Below are positions 52,301 through 63,223 of a stretch of 63,506 bases of DNA, piece by piece. How positions within the stretch are numbered: position 1 is the stretch's first letter; every line of letters starts with the position of its first letter. Source of the DNA: Mustelus asterias (lineage: Eukaryota); assembly GCF_964213995.1 (NCBI RefSeq), contig NW_027592097.1, positions 1 through 63,506 of the forward strand, written 5' to 3'. The notes under the pieces are model-generated. The model was not told the DNA's origin and searched no databases. It saw nothing but the letters and a program-made list of their open reading frames with translations. Both the position numbers and the translations under genes were made by a program.

Positions 52301-55300
52301 GTAATGAATTGCAGGGAGCAGGAGGCGGTGCTCATAATGAAGACAGAATCAGATGGGGATGGGACAAAAACTAGAGGGGGACTTGGGTTCCGGATTAGGG
52401 CACTGGGGAAGCGTCAAAGCCAACTGAATGAATGGTCTCAATCTTAGTGAGAGTGAAGTCCATGAACACCTCGGGCCTGTTGAAGGCGAAGGTGGAGAAT
52501 CAAAGAGGTTTACTGAGAATGTTACTAATGAAAGTTATCTTTGCTCTCCAGGGTAGTCCTGACATACACAATTTATAAATACCGACATTATTTCAGTTTG
52601 TTGGTTACAGTACCTATTATTAATAGAGATGTCTCCTTGCAAGCCTGATTCCTTATGGACAAATTTAACCACGGGTAGCCTGGCAGTAGTGACAGCTTGT
52701 ACTTTGTGTACACCTGGAACACATTTCTGCAACACAGTCGCTACAAGTTCAAGCACCTCAGCCGTTGTTGATGTTTCTAGGTCTATGTCAGACAAGATTG
52801 AATCCTCAGATTGAGTTTCAGACTTAGTATCCTGTTTTGTTCCATTAACCTCCTGTAATTGTACAAAGCATGTTATTGGGATGAGCGCATTACTGTTCTT
52901 AACGTCACCTTTTGTTTCTCATCCTTTCAACAAACTCGACAATTTTTAAAAACCACCGTGGATGGGATTTAGGGTGCATTTACCAGAACTTTACAGAGCT
53001 ACAAAGCAGACGTTGAAGTGGAAATCCAGAGACAGGGGGTGGGATTTTACGATCTCCCGCGGGAAAGATCGTAAAATCCCACCCAAGACAAACGGAGATT
53101 TCCGTTCTGCGGTAAAGTTCCGGCCTGGGACTCCAGAGCAAAGTGGAATGAATTCTGTCTTCTCAAAATCCACTTCACATCTAAATTAAGGTTACTCCAA
53201 GAGTTTCCAACAGAAAAAAGGCTTACAGTAGATAAGATTATACAGCTGGCACTGAGGAAATCTGTTGTTAAATAACAATGACAAAATCTGTCAATAAACG
53301 TGGATGCATTTGCCTCTTTACACCATTCAGAGGCTATTCTGGACCTGTTCTGGTAAAGCCAGGTAACTGTCTAAGACTGAAAAATGATTGTGCATCATTT
53401 CAAATCATCCTCATTCATCCAGTTCTAATTTAGGAAAACAGTACTAGAGTGGGCAGTCAAGTATCGTCAATTCCAAATATTCTCCCCAAAGGAAAAACTA
53501 CAAACTGACCACATTGCATCAAAAAATAATTTATGGTAGATGTTTGAGCCTGCTTTCCAACATCTTTCTTGAAATTTCTTTAATGCAAGTTCGAATTGAA
53601 ATGTTTGATATTCTTTTGGGGGTTCTCAGCTCTTTAAAACATGACACAGTATGTAAATGCAGACATATATACGTTATAATCTTCTGATATTTTTGAATGT
53701 TGTGCAGATGCTTTCCCAAGGGAAGAAATGTAACCCGTACTTCAGTTTCAGCCGCGCTTCTAGCATTAGCCTGAAAAGTCTTGGTGCGTTCAAGATCCAG
53801 AAACAAATCCATGTCGCAACCATGAATATCGAACGCATTCACTGATGATCCAAATGGCAAGATCCTGCAACCTAAAAACAAGACAGCATTAAGTCACATG
53901 TCAATATGGCCCCATGTTCCAACTAGCAGTAAGTTAAAAGAGAAGTTAAAAGACAAGATTGAATCCTCAGATTGAGTTTCAAAACTTAAAGCAAAAGCAT
54001 TCCCTTTCTGAAATAGGTTCCATCAATATATAATCATGATGTGGAGATGCCGGCGTTGGGACTGAGGTGGGCACAGTAAGAAGTCTCACAGCACCAGGTT
54101 AAAGTCCAACAGGTTTATTTGGTATTGCGAGCTTTCGGAGCGCTGCTCCTTCATCAGGTGAGTCCTGATGAAGGAGCAGTGCTCCGAAAGCTCGTGATAC
54201 CAAATTATAGGGTTATAGGGATCAGGCGGGTAAGTGGAACTGATCCACTTCAGATCAGCCATGATCTTATTGAATGGCAGGGCAGGCTCGAGGGGCTAGA
54301 TGGCCTACTCCTGCTCCTATTTCTTATGTTCTTACGTTCTTAAACCTGCTGGACTTTAACCTAGTGTTGTGAGACTTCATACAATATATAATAAATAGGG
54401 CAGGAATTTTCCAGTCTCATGCACGGTGGGAACTTTCGGTGCAGAAATGGAAAATTTGGAGGCAACCAAAAGTTCACTGGCCGCAGAGGAGATCAGAGAA
54501 TTCCACCGAGAAGAACCATAGCGCAGGGGGTTACCTACTAGCCTTTCAATTCCAACACTTAGTTTTGCAAGCACCCCAGCTGAATTGGATGAAAGTCTTC
54601 CCTGCCTATTGATTATAAGATTTCAATGAGAAACAAAATTGCTTATGAGCCCACGGTGTAATTACTGCCACTAATCAGGCACAATGTTGGGGCCCCTGAG
54701 TACAGGAAATTCTTGTGCAGGAGCAGGTGATCATCTAAGATTGAGGCTATGGTTAATGACAGTGAACCAGTGCTTCCCAACCTTTTATACATCACAGCGC
54801 ACCTTTATAACATTAAAAAACTTTGAGGCACACTCCCTGTTTTCTCTAACTGAATTCAATTTGGTTTATTATTGTCACATGTATTAGTATACAGTGAAAA
54901 GTATTGTTTCTTGCGCTATACAGGCAAAGCATACCGTTCGTAGAGAAGGAGAGAGTGCAGAATATAGTGTTTAGGGTGTAGAGAAAGATCAACTTAATAT
55001 AAGGTAGGTCCATTCAAAGCAGGGAAGAAGCTGTTCTTGAGTCTATTGCTACGTGACCTCAGACTTTTGTATCTTTTTCCCCGATGGAAGAAGGTGGAAG
55101 AGAGTATGTCCAGGGTGCGTGGGGTCCTTAATTATTACGCTGGCTGCTTTTCCGAGGCAGCGGGAAGTGTAGACAGAGTCAATGGATGGGGAGCTAGTTT
55201 GCGTGATGGATGGGCTTCATTCACGACCCTTTGTGGTTTCTTGCGGTCTTGGGCAGAGCAGGAGCCATACCAAGCTGTGATACAACCAGAAAGAATGCTT

Positions 55301-58300
55301 TCTATGGTGCATCTGTTAAAGTTGGTGAGAGTCGTATCTATGTCCTGCCCCTATCTATGTCCTGCTACGGCACACTGGTTGGGAACCACTGCAGCAGATG
55401 GAGCTTTGGGCATCGGCACTGGGTGCAGCGAGTGCTTGATGCTGATACCAGGTGCTCAAAGTGGGGAAAATGTTTAATTTCTCAGCGCTAATATTTAAAA
55501 TGATGAGCACAAAACTCAAAAATAGAAAATCTACTGAGCAGCATTTTACTAAAATTGTTAGTTTAAGTGAAAGTAGTCCACAACCTTAACAAGTTTGTCT
55601 ACTGGAAAATTGATATTGCAACAATATCCCAATGGCACAAAAGACATTGAGAGATTTTTTTGTTATTCTTAACATACATTTTGAACAGTGGGCCCTACTG
55701 TTAATATTGGTCCATTTCGTATCTACAGTGTAACAGAACTGGTAAAAATCAACCAATAACATATTACGTTATACATATAAAGGTATAAAGTATATAATTT
55801 TATAAAGTTATATAAACTAAGACCACTTACTTGGGAAAAATTCTAAGAAGACCTCCTGTAAAAGTGACACAATCAGCTTCCTGAGCATTTTCTCACTGTC
55901 TGTCAGCTCAAACAACCGTAACAACTGCTTCATTTGTTCATCCACCTGTCACATAATAAAATACTGTTATTGAACAAGAGAGGTCATCAAAAATGTTACT
56001 TTAATGTACAAAACCAAATGCTTTGATCCTTCGTGATGGGTGAACAATATGTTTTGCATGAGCAGTTGAAGAAAGAATAGAGTAGGTACTGAAGTTGTAT
56101 TTGCACCACCCCTCATATGGTTATGCAGGCAAGTTCAATTGGATTCATCATATAGAACATAGAACAGTACAGCACAGAACAGGCCCTTCGGCCCACGATG
56201 TTGTGCCGAGCTTTATCTGAAATCTGTTCTGGGTTGATGCCAGAGACAGGTTAGCCCTTATTGACATGAGGCATCTACATTTCCAGCTAAGAAGGGATTT
56301 AAAATGGAGTGGGAACTACAATAAAGCATTCAACTTAGTATAATTTCTCTCCAATGGTCCTTTTTCTAAACAAAACAATTTTAATTGTAGGGTACCCAAG
56401 AATCCCAATATCAACTCACTAATTCTGCAGGCATGCTAGTGAAGCGCAAGACAAATAGATGCACAACAGCTGCTCCATATCCCTGAAAATTGTTCTCTGA
56501 CAACTTTACTCCCAATCTAGAAAGTAGTTGCTAAGGTACACTTTTGAAAGCTGACTCTTGCTTTCTCTTATGATAATGAAAGCATGACTCACTTCTTTTT
56601 GTCTCAGCCTACATCACAAGAGTTCATTCGACATGGCTATCCGATTTCTTTGCATTTTCTCCAATGTACCGGTGAACAGTAATAAATAACATTTCATTAA
56701 AGAGGCATCAGCTAACTTACCTGTTTGTATTAAGATTGAAGTACTTTAATTAAAGTAAACTGCTTACTTAACTTTTGGAAAATGTACCATTCCCTCATAT
56801 AATTATACAGAAAGCAGCAAAGCAAAATTTACAACATTTATATTCCCAAGTCATCACCAAACTCACCGACGGAAGGGAAGGAATGCTGCTCTTGGCGGGC
56901 ACAGGCAATGTTACAATGAATTCTATTCTTCACATTATAGCTACAGATGTCACTGAACAGCAAAACAAAAGTATTTTGTTTGAACAACATCGTGATGGTA
57001 TTTAAAACAAACTGATTATGGGCAACACAGTGGCACAATGGTTAGCACTGCTGCCTCATAGCGCCAGGGACCCAGGTTCAATTCCGGCCACGGGTCACTG
57101 TCTGTGTGGAGTTTGCACATTCTCCCCATGTCTGCGTGGGTTTTCTCCTGTTTCCTCCCACAGTCCAAAGATGTGCAGGTTAGGCTGATTGGCCATGCTA
57201 AACTGATGCTAGTGTCAGGGGGATTAGCAGGGCAAATATGTGGGGTTACGGGAATAGAGCCTGGGTGGAATTGTGGTCGGTGCAGATTGAATGGGCCGAA
57301 TGGCCTCCTTCTGCACTGTAGGGATTCTATTCTGTTCTATGATTAAAAGATTTGGTTGCATAAACCACGGACAGACTTGTCAGTTCCGACGTATGATGTT
57401 TAGATACGTAGTTTCCAATTACAAAGGAACATGGTTTGAAATCAAGTGAATCTGATGGCAAGGTGTTCACAGCTCAGAGATAACAATCACTCATCATTCC
57501 TTTATATAAATGTCACTCTCAGAAAAATGATCAAAACTCTCAGACAAATAATCTAAATCTATATGCAGCATCACACCACAATAGCATTTACAGATTCACG
57601 AACATGGTCATCATCTAGTTTCCTGGCAGAAGTGCTGCAGTTGATCAGAATAGTAAGAAGTCTCACAACACCAGGTTAAAGTCCAACAGGCTTATTTGGT
57701 AGCACAAGCTTTCGGAGTGTCGCTCCATCTTCAGGTGAAGAAGGAGCGACACTCCAAAAGCTTGTGCTACCAAATAAACCTGTTGGACTTTAACCTGGTG
57801 TGGTGAGACTTCTTACTGTGCTTACCCCAGTCCAACGCCGGCATCTCCACATCATGTTGATCAGAACACCAGAGGAAATTCCTGGAGGACGATTTACACA
57901 ACTTTTTTTTTAGGGGGCTGTAGATTAACCTTCAAAACCTCCTTTAAAAATGCATTTTCCTCCCCACAAACAAGTCAGCATTTAGGCCACCCACTCTGAA
58001 GCCTTCGCTATTCGTAGATGAACAAGGGTATCGACTGTGACTTGCCTTGCAAATTATCTTCCACCCCCGAGCCTTCTTATGGCTTAGATGCAGGGAAAGA
58101 ATGATGGGAAAAATGTAGAAGGTTGGGGTGGAGGGGGGGGGAGAGGTTTTACATTAAAGCGCTCCATCACTACATGCGCCGCATCACTACATGTCAAAAA
58201 TCATGTTCTAATTACCTGGTAGCTAATCAACAAGGTGAAGTACTTACATCAACTGCTTGACAGAGAACTTGTGTCAGCTCTTCAAAATCAATCAACTGTT

Positions 58301-61300
58301 TTTTTCCAGGGTCCTGCTTCTTCTTTGGAATATATTTGAACTCCTTAGTCTCTTTGCGTTTCACTCGTAGTTTTTGACCATTCATACAGTGTTGTGCGAT
58401 AGACAGCACTTTTTCCACATCCTCAGTACTCTCCATTTCTATAATTGCATATATACCCTGCAACCATACACAAAACTAATAAATTACACAAAGCTTTAAT
58501 GAATAAAAAGTGGTGTTACGGTAACCTTACATGGAAACCGTGAATAAGTTCCACTCAAATCAGTGAATTAGTTCACTTGGTCTAATTTCTAATCAATCAC
58601 AATTATCGTGTCTACGTGGGTTTCCTCTGGGTGCTCTGGTTTCCTCCCACAGTCCAAAGATGTGCGGGTTAGGTTGATTGGCCATGCTAAAAAAAAAATT
58701 GCCCTTCGTGTCCTGAGATGCGTAGGTTAGAGGGATTAGTGGGTAAATATGTAGGGATATGGGGGTAGGGCCTGGGTGGGATTGTGGTCGGTGCAGACTC
58801 GATGGGCTGAATGGCCTCTTTCTGTACTGTAGGGTTTCTATGGTTCTTTCTATGATTATCTTAAATTGCCAACTATCACGTCATAAAGTTTATTTATTAG
58901 TGTCACAAGTAGGCTTACATTAACACTGCAATGAAGGTATTGTGAAAATCCCCACACTGAAAATCGCCACACTCCGGCGCCTGTTCGGGTACACTGAGGG
59001 AGAATTTAGCATGGTCAATAAACCTAACCAGCGCGTCTTTCAGACTGTGGGAGGAAACCGCAGCACCCGGAGGAAACGCAGGCAGACACGGGGAGAACAT
59101 ACAGACTCTGCACAGACAGTGACTCAATCCGGGAATTGAACCCGGATCCCTGGCGCTGTGAGGCAGCAGCGCTAGCCACTGTGCCGCCCCTCATCTGGTG
59201 GATCAAAACAAAGGAAGGTTATTAATAAAGGAATTCAGGGTCTGTCTAGTCTGCAGCAGCAGGTATAAGTACGAACTGTGAATCAAGAAAGACATCGTTC
59301 ATCTGTATGCTTAACCATTTACTAAATGGGTTTCCAGTCTCTGAGATTGCCCAGTTGTCGCCTTGAATGGGCATTTATCACTTCAACTTTGCTGCCATCT
59401 GACTGGTACACATTCATAAATTTAACTTCCTCCCAAAACAGACCCAGGGCTGTTCTGTGGCATCATTGCAACAGAGAGCTGTGGCCAGCTACTGTCCCAA
59501 GATCAATCAACAGTACAGTTGGGGGGACTCTCAGGAGTTGGGGAAAGAGACAGGAGTAGAGGCGCAGGGAGGTGAAAAAGAGGATGAGAGGTCAGGGAAA
59601 GGGGTCAGGTGTGGAGAGAGAAATCGGATGGGAAGGTGAATGGGGAGGGGAGGAGAGCACGAGACTGAGGAACAAGGTGCATCTGCAGGCTAGCATTTCC
59701 CGGTGAAAAAGGAGCAGCAACATAATGACCAGGAGCAGCGTCCAGTTGGCAGCAGTTGGTTAAGGGGTGAGTGAAATCTAGTGGGTAAACAATGAAAGAC
59801 TGTTTCCATCAGAGGATCCATGCAGAACATGGGAGTGGAGGCCAAAGACTCTCGAGGACCAGCCAAGAGACAAGCAAGGTTCTTGCTTGATGGGCTGTTA
59901 GACCACACAATGTTTAACCACTAATGGCTTTGAGTTGAGACTAGAACATTTTTAAAAACAGAACAGGATGTTTGAAAATGAGGAGTTGAAGATGATCTTA
60001 AGGAAATCGGCTTACAGGAGAGGGCACTAGTACCAGCACAGGCACTGAAGGAAAAGGATCTCCTCTAATGCTGGAATTTCTATCATTCTCAGTTGTATGA
60101 ACCCCAGAGCAGTTCAGAAATGTTGGTGCTCAGCTGGGTTTAGGAGCTCCCCCATGAGAATGTTCCAAACTAAAGGCACACTGCCCATAGTGCGGTCTCT
60201 TGGTTTTGACATGTAAAGTCCAAGTACAAGTTGTCTTCAGAGTTGTCGCCTTCTTGGAGTCCAAACCAGAATCCAAGGAGATAAGGAGAAAGATAAAAAC
60301 TGTCACTGACTAAGGAGCTGGACCACACCTCATTGAATCTAGGCAGATTCAACTGTGTTTTGGCGTGAATATCAGTGGGTTATGTATGTGAGGTGTTAGG
60401 GAATTATAAATTATTACTATTACTACCAGTTCCATAAAGACTATTAGTTAGTTCTTGTACATTGAGAAACAGTATTGTTAGTTCCCAGCGTAGGTTTGAT
60501 GAGTTAATAATGGTCATTGGTGGAATTAAAGCTCTTCCAGCCTCTAGTTATCCTTCTGTGAATCCCTTGCCTACCAACAGTTTCCCTATCTCACATGCTT
60601 ACCAGTAAACCCCACTCCCAACCCATTCTTGGGACTTCTCATGACAGCTGCTGCAGCAAAATCACAAGCAAAAATACTCAACCCAAATGTGAGGAGACCA
60701 ATGCAATAACGTATGCAAATATCACAGTATCAGGGAGGTCAACTGGCCAAAAGGTCAAGTGCTTAAAGCTCAAGAATGTCTCTGAGGTTGGTCATCCTGC
60801 TCAGTACATTAATCAGCTGAAGCATCAGAGAATCAGAGACCGAGTTTTGTTTACTGATCGCTCTAAACTATAGGTAGGCAAGAGATTCACAGAAGAGTAA
60901 CCAGAGGCTGGAAGAGCTTTGATTCCACTAGTAACCATTATTAACTCACCAAATCTACGCTGGGAACTAACAATGCTGTTTCTCAATATACAAACAATAG
61001 CCAAGTCATCCAATTAGATAGTCAGTTTCCCAAAGGTAGGGGAGTCTAAAACGAGAGGGCATAGGTTTAAGGTGAGAGGGGAGAGATACAAAATGGTGCA
61101 GAGAGGCAATTTTTTCCACACAGAGGGTGTTGAGTGTCTGGAACAAGGTAATAGTAGAGGCGGGTACAATTTTGTCTTTTAAAAAGCATTTAGACAGTTA
61201 CATGGGTACGATGGGTATAGAGGGATATGGGCCAAATGCGGGCAATTGGGACTAGCTTAGGGTTTTAAAAAAAAGAGCGGCCTGGACAAGTTGGGCTGAA

Positions 61301-62544
61301 GGGCCTGTTTCCATGCTATAAACCTCTATGACTCTGTAATTAGTTTGATTCATTTGCAGCCCTGAACAAGGCATTGAGCATTTCAGTGTAATTTCTGGAT
61401 GTGTTTGCTATTCTTCTTCAGTTCTCTGCCTGAAGGTAGGTTCAACCCAGAGCGCTGCGACCACCACCATGGGAAGGGCGAGGAAGTGAAACCACACCAG
61501 GCGGAATGGGGATCAAGCCCCTTGCTGTTGGCACCTATCTAACCCTCACCAGCCATCCATTCAACTGAGCCAAGCTGTCCCCAAGAAGTTTGCATTGCCA
61601 TGGCGTCATGGCATGGCATGCACTTTTACATGCATAATATAGTCCAGAGCAACGAATCGTGATGGTCAAGGCTTCAATTTTCTTTCCATCATATGGCTGA
61701 TCAGGAATCTCTCCCACTCTTACCGCCTGACATGTGTGTGCGTATTGAAAGGATCTTGCATGTTGATACTCAACCTGTTTGAGCGCGTTATGAACGCACC
61801 TTACTTGGCCATCAAGTCCTGCAGTGGGATGGGGCGGCACGATGGCACAGTGGTTAGCACTGCTGACTCACAGCGCCAGGGATCCGGGTTCAATTCCTGG
61901 CTTGGGGCACTGTCTGTGTGGAGTCTGCACGTTCCTCCGGATGCTCCGATTTCCTCCCAGTCTGAAAGACGTGCTGGTTCGGTGCATTGAGCCGAACATG
62001 CGCCGGAGTGTGGCGACTAGGGGAATTTCACAGTAACTTCATTACAGTGTTAATGTAAGCCTTACTTGTGGCTAATAAATAAACTTCAACTTTAAAAAAA
62101 CCTTCAGCTTCCGGTTCAGAGGCAGGGACGTTATCTGTTGCATCACTAGACCTCCACTGTTTGCTATTAGATGCATTGAGCCTCTAATAGCATTATGTAA
62201 TTCGAGCTCACTCTAGTGGCAGGACACTGTTATTGGCACTTGGCAATTTACTTCAAAAATTCCAATGCACTATTCTGTCTCCAAATCTTTAATCTGTTCC
62301 AGTCTTCCTAGTTAACTTAGGATCAGAGTGAATTTATCTGGCATTTGACTTACTTTGTCTTTGTCCATTATCACATTTGTCACTGTGCCAAAGGTCTGAA
62401 AGTAATCAGTGATCTCCAGATTGGATGTGCCTTTGTGAAAACCACTCACAAACAGGCTCTTCTCTTGCTGGGATTTCCTGGCAGTTCTCACACTTAGAAG
62501 TTTTTGATGTTTCTTTCCTTTAAGGTGATCATTTAAGGTGGGAC
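42264..62544 (-). CDS. TUT1: TUT1 / Star-PAP (speckle-targeted PIP5K1A-regulated poly(A) polymerase, U6 snRNA TUTase); 9 exons in the window, exon 1 outside
   Basis: Exons 62544-62354, 58457-58248, 55945-55831, 53871-53741, 52852-52614, 50574-50465, 47102-46980, 44204-44112 and 43339-42264 splice in frame. They encode the zinc-finger tail (HLKGKKH), an RRM (SLFVSGF...[15 protein letters not shown]), the nucleotidyltransferase motif [28 protein letters not shown], the PAP-associated [10 protein letters not shown], and a C-terminal KA1-like region. Confidence 0.95.
44112..44204 (-). CDS. TUT1: TUT1 exon
   Basis: (D)[30 protein letters not shown]; GAG acceptor, gtaagt donor. Confidence 0.88.
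45977..46240 (-). mobile_element. CR1 3' end
   Basis: (aagaacat)n tail and [11 protein letters not shown]-like sequence on minus. Similar pieces at about 100-580, 6297-6560, 30285-30460 and 47511-47880. Confidence 0.75.
46980..47102 (-). CDS. TUT1: TUT1 exon
   Basis: [33 protein letters not shown]... Confidence 0.92.
48395..49790 (-). mobile_element. Old degenerate CR1 LINE
   Basis: RLEKLESFS...KGHKFK...WNAL remnants. Confidence 0.6.
50051..50388 (+). mobile_element. CR1 3' fragment
   Basis: MKGIDRV...TRGH...[13 protein letters not shown]; ttgttct tail. Confidence 0.85.
50465..50574 (-). CDS. TUT1: TUT1 exon
   Basis: [12 protein letters not shown]...[16 protein letters not shown]|gtaag. 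Confidence 0.92.
51080..52500 (-). mobile_element. Degenerate L2-like LINE, interrupted by a MITE at about 51527-51683
   Basis: Purine-rich plus strand with RT-like remnants (YADDTQ-like reading at about 51780-51805 on minus). Confidence 0.5.
52614..52852 (-). CDS. TUT1: TUT1 exon (palm, third catalytic Asp)
   Basis: ...[21 protein letters not shown]...QGDISINNR; AG/GT ends. Confidence 0.92.
53741..53871 (-). CDS. TUT1: TUT1 exon (catalytic GSS...DxD)
   Basis: [26 protein letters not shown]...ETE|gtacgg. Confidence 0.93.
54125..54161 (-). ncRNA. Minimal type-I hammerhead ribozyme motif
   Basis: Minus strand: TCAC-CTGATGA-A-GGAGC/AGC/GCTCC-GAAA-GCTC-GCA. Confidence 0.65.
54161..54197 (+). 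ncRNA. Minimal type-I hammerhead ribozyme motif
   Basis: CTGATGA-A-GGAGC/AGT/GCTCC-GAAA-GCTC; core intact, helix I weak. Confidence 0.65.
54860..55335 (-). mobile_element. Rex1/Babar LINE 3' end
   Basis: Highly similar to 30915-31280 and extends to a 3' terminus ...tgtgacaataataaacc. Confidence 0.8.
55831..55945 (-). CDS. TUT1: TUT1 exon
   Basis: cag|[38 protein letters not shown]|gtaagt; not in the ORF track, read by hand. Confidence 0.9.
57651..57855. mobile_element. Palindromic Penelope-like family 1 insertion
   Basis: Near-perfect hairpin 57652-57817; TSD gttgatcagaa at 57640-57650 and 57856-57866. Confidence 0.78.
57703..57738 (-). ncRNA. Minimal type-I hammerhead ribozyme motif
   Basis: Minus strand: TCAC-CTGAAGA-T-GGAG/CGACA/CTCC-GAAA-GCTT-GTG; helix I CAC/GTG. 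Confidence 0.65.
58248..58457 (-). CDS. TUT1: TUT1 exon (RRM)
   Basis: cag|GIYAIIEM...[12 protein letters not shown]...CQAVD|gtaagt. Confidence 0.92.
60455..60993. repeat. Long inverted repeat (arms about 130 bp, 60455-60582 and 60865-60993); probable old DNA transposon or MITE
   Basis: The arms are clearly reverse-complementary by eye, with scattered mismatches. Confidence 0.75.
61022..61335 (+). mobile_element. CR1 3' fragment
   Basis: Closely similar to 19855-20165. Confidence 0.8.
62354..62544 (-). CDS. TUT1: TUT1 exon (zinc-finger end and RRM start)
   Basis: [16 protein letters not shown]...SLFVSGF...MDKDK|gtaagt. Confidence 0.93.
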
Positions 62545-63223
62545 CTAAAAGCATAAAAAGTCAAGACATATTAAAAGAGGGCAGCCACCTTGCTTTGCCA
62601 GCGTACACCTCAAACAAATTTGAAGTAAATAAATCTATTTTTGCGCTTGGCTCCTTTTTGATTGATGCCTTGTCAGAAGAAGCTTTTCAGAGGTTCTGGA
62701 ATTCAGATGCTAGCAGTCACCCAAAGCAGTGTTTTTATTCATAAAACATGAAAATCTGTACCACATTACTGCAGGGAAACAGGCCATTTGGCCCTTCAAT
62801 TAGGCACCGGCATCTTTCTCCACAGAATCACTGAAACAGACGAGAAACAATCAAAGGTGAAGATGCTCGCTGTAACTTCACTGAGGTGCAAAGGGTTTGG
62901 CCTGGGTGGATTGGAAATAAAAACTGGGAGTAAATCAGCAAAGGGACGTTTTCAACGAGGAGATGGTTCGAAAGCCAGAGCTCTCTGGCTGGCTGAAGAT
63001 GTAGAGGTTGAAATGAAACAGGCTGTTTATAACTGTGAGATAATCAACAGAATACAGAAGACCCAGAGGAAAACTGAAAAAGGAAATAGTTGAGAAAAGA
63101 TTTAATTTAAAAGAAAACACTAAAGTCTGCTGTAAACATGCAAATAGTAAAAGGATAGTCAAAGGAAGGGAACAAAAACAGAAAAATGCTGGAAAATCTC
63201 AGCAGGTCTGACAGCATCTGTGG

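Larger units (their letters stand above)
54035..54381. mobile_element. Palindromic Penelope-like family 1 insertion, interrupted by a CR1 3' tail at about 54206-54340
   Basis: TSD caatatataat at 54024-54034 and 54382-54392; hammerhead cores on both strands. Confidence 0.78.

Noticed and set aside
57651-57855. Hairpin as a pre-miRNA or CRISPR-like repeat
   Set aside because: It is dispersed and TSD-flanked, and explained by PLE termini; no repeat-spacer array and the context is eukaryotic
120-63162. Most short ORFs in the supplied track (for example the [19 protein letters not shown] and [13 protein letters not shown] families)
   Set aside because: They are chance translations of SINE, LINE and MITE copies, not genes
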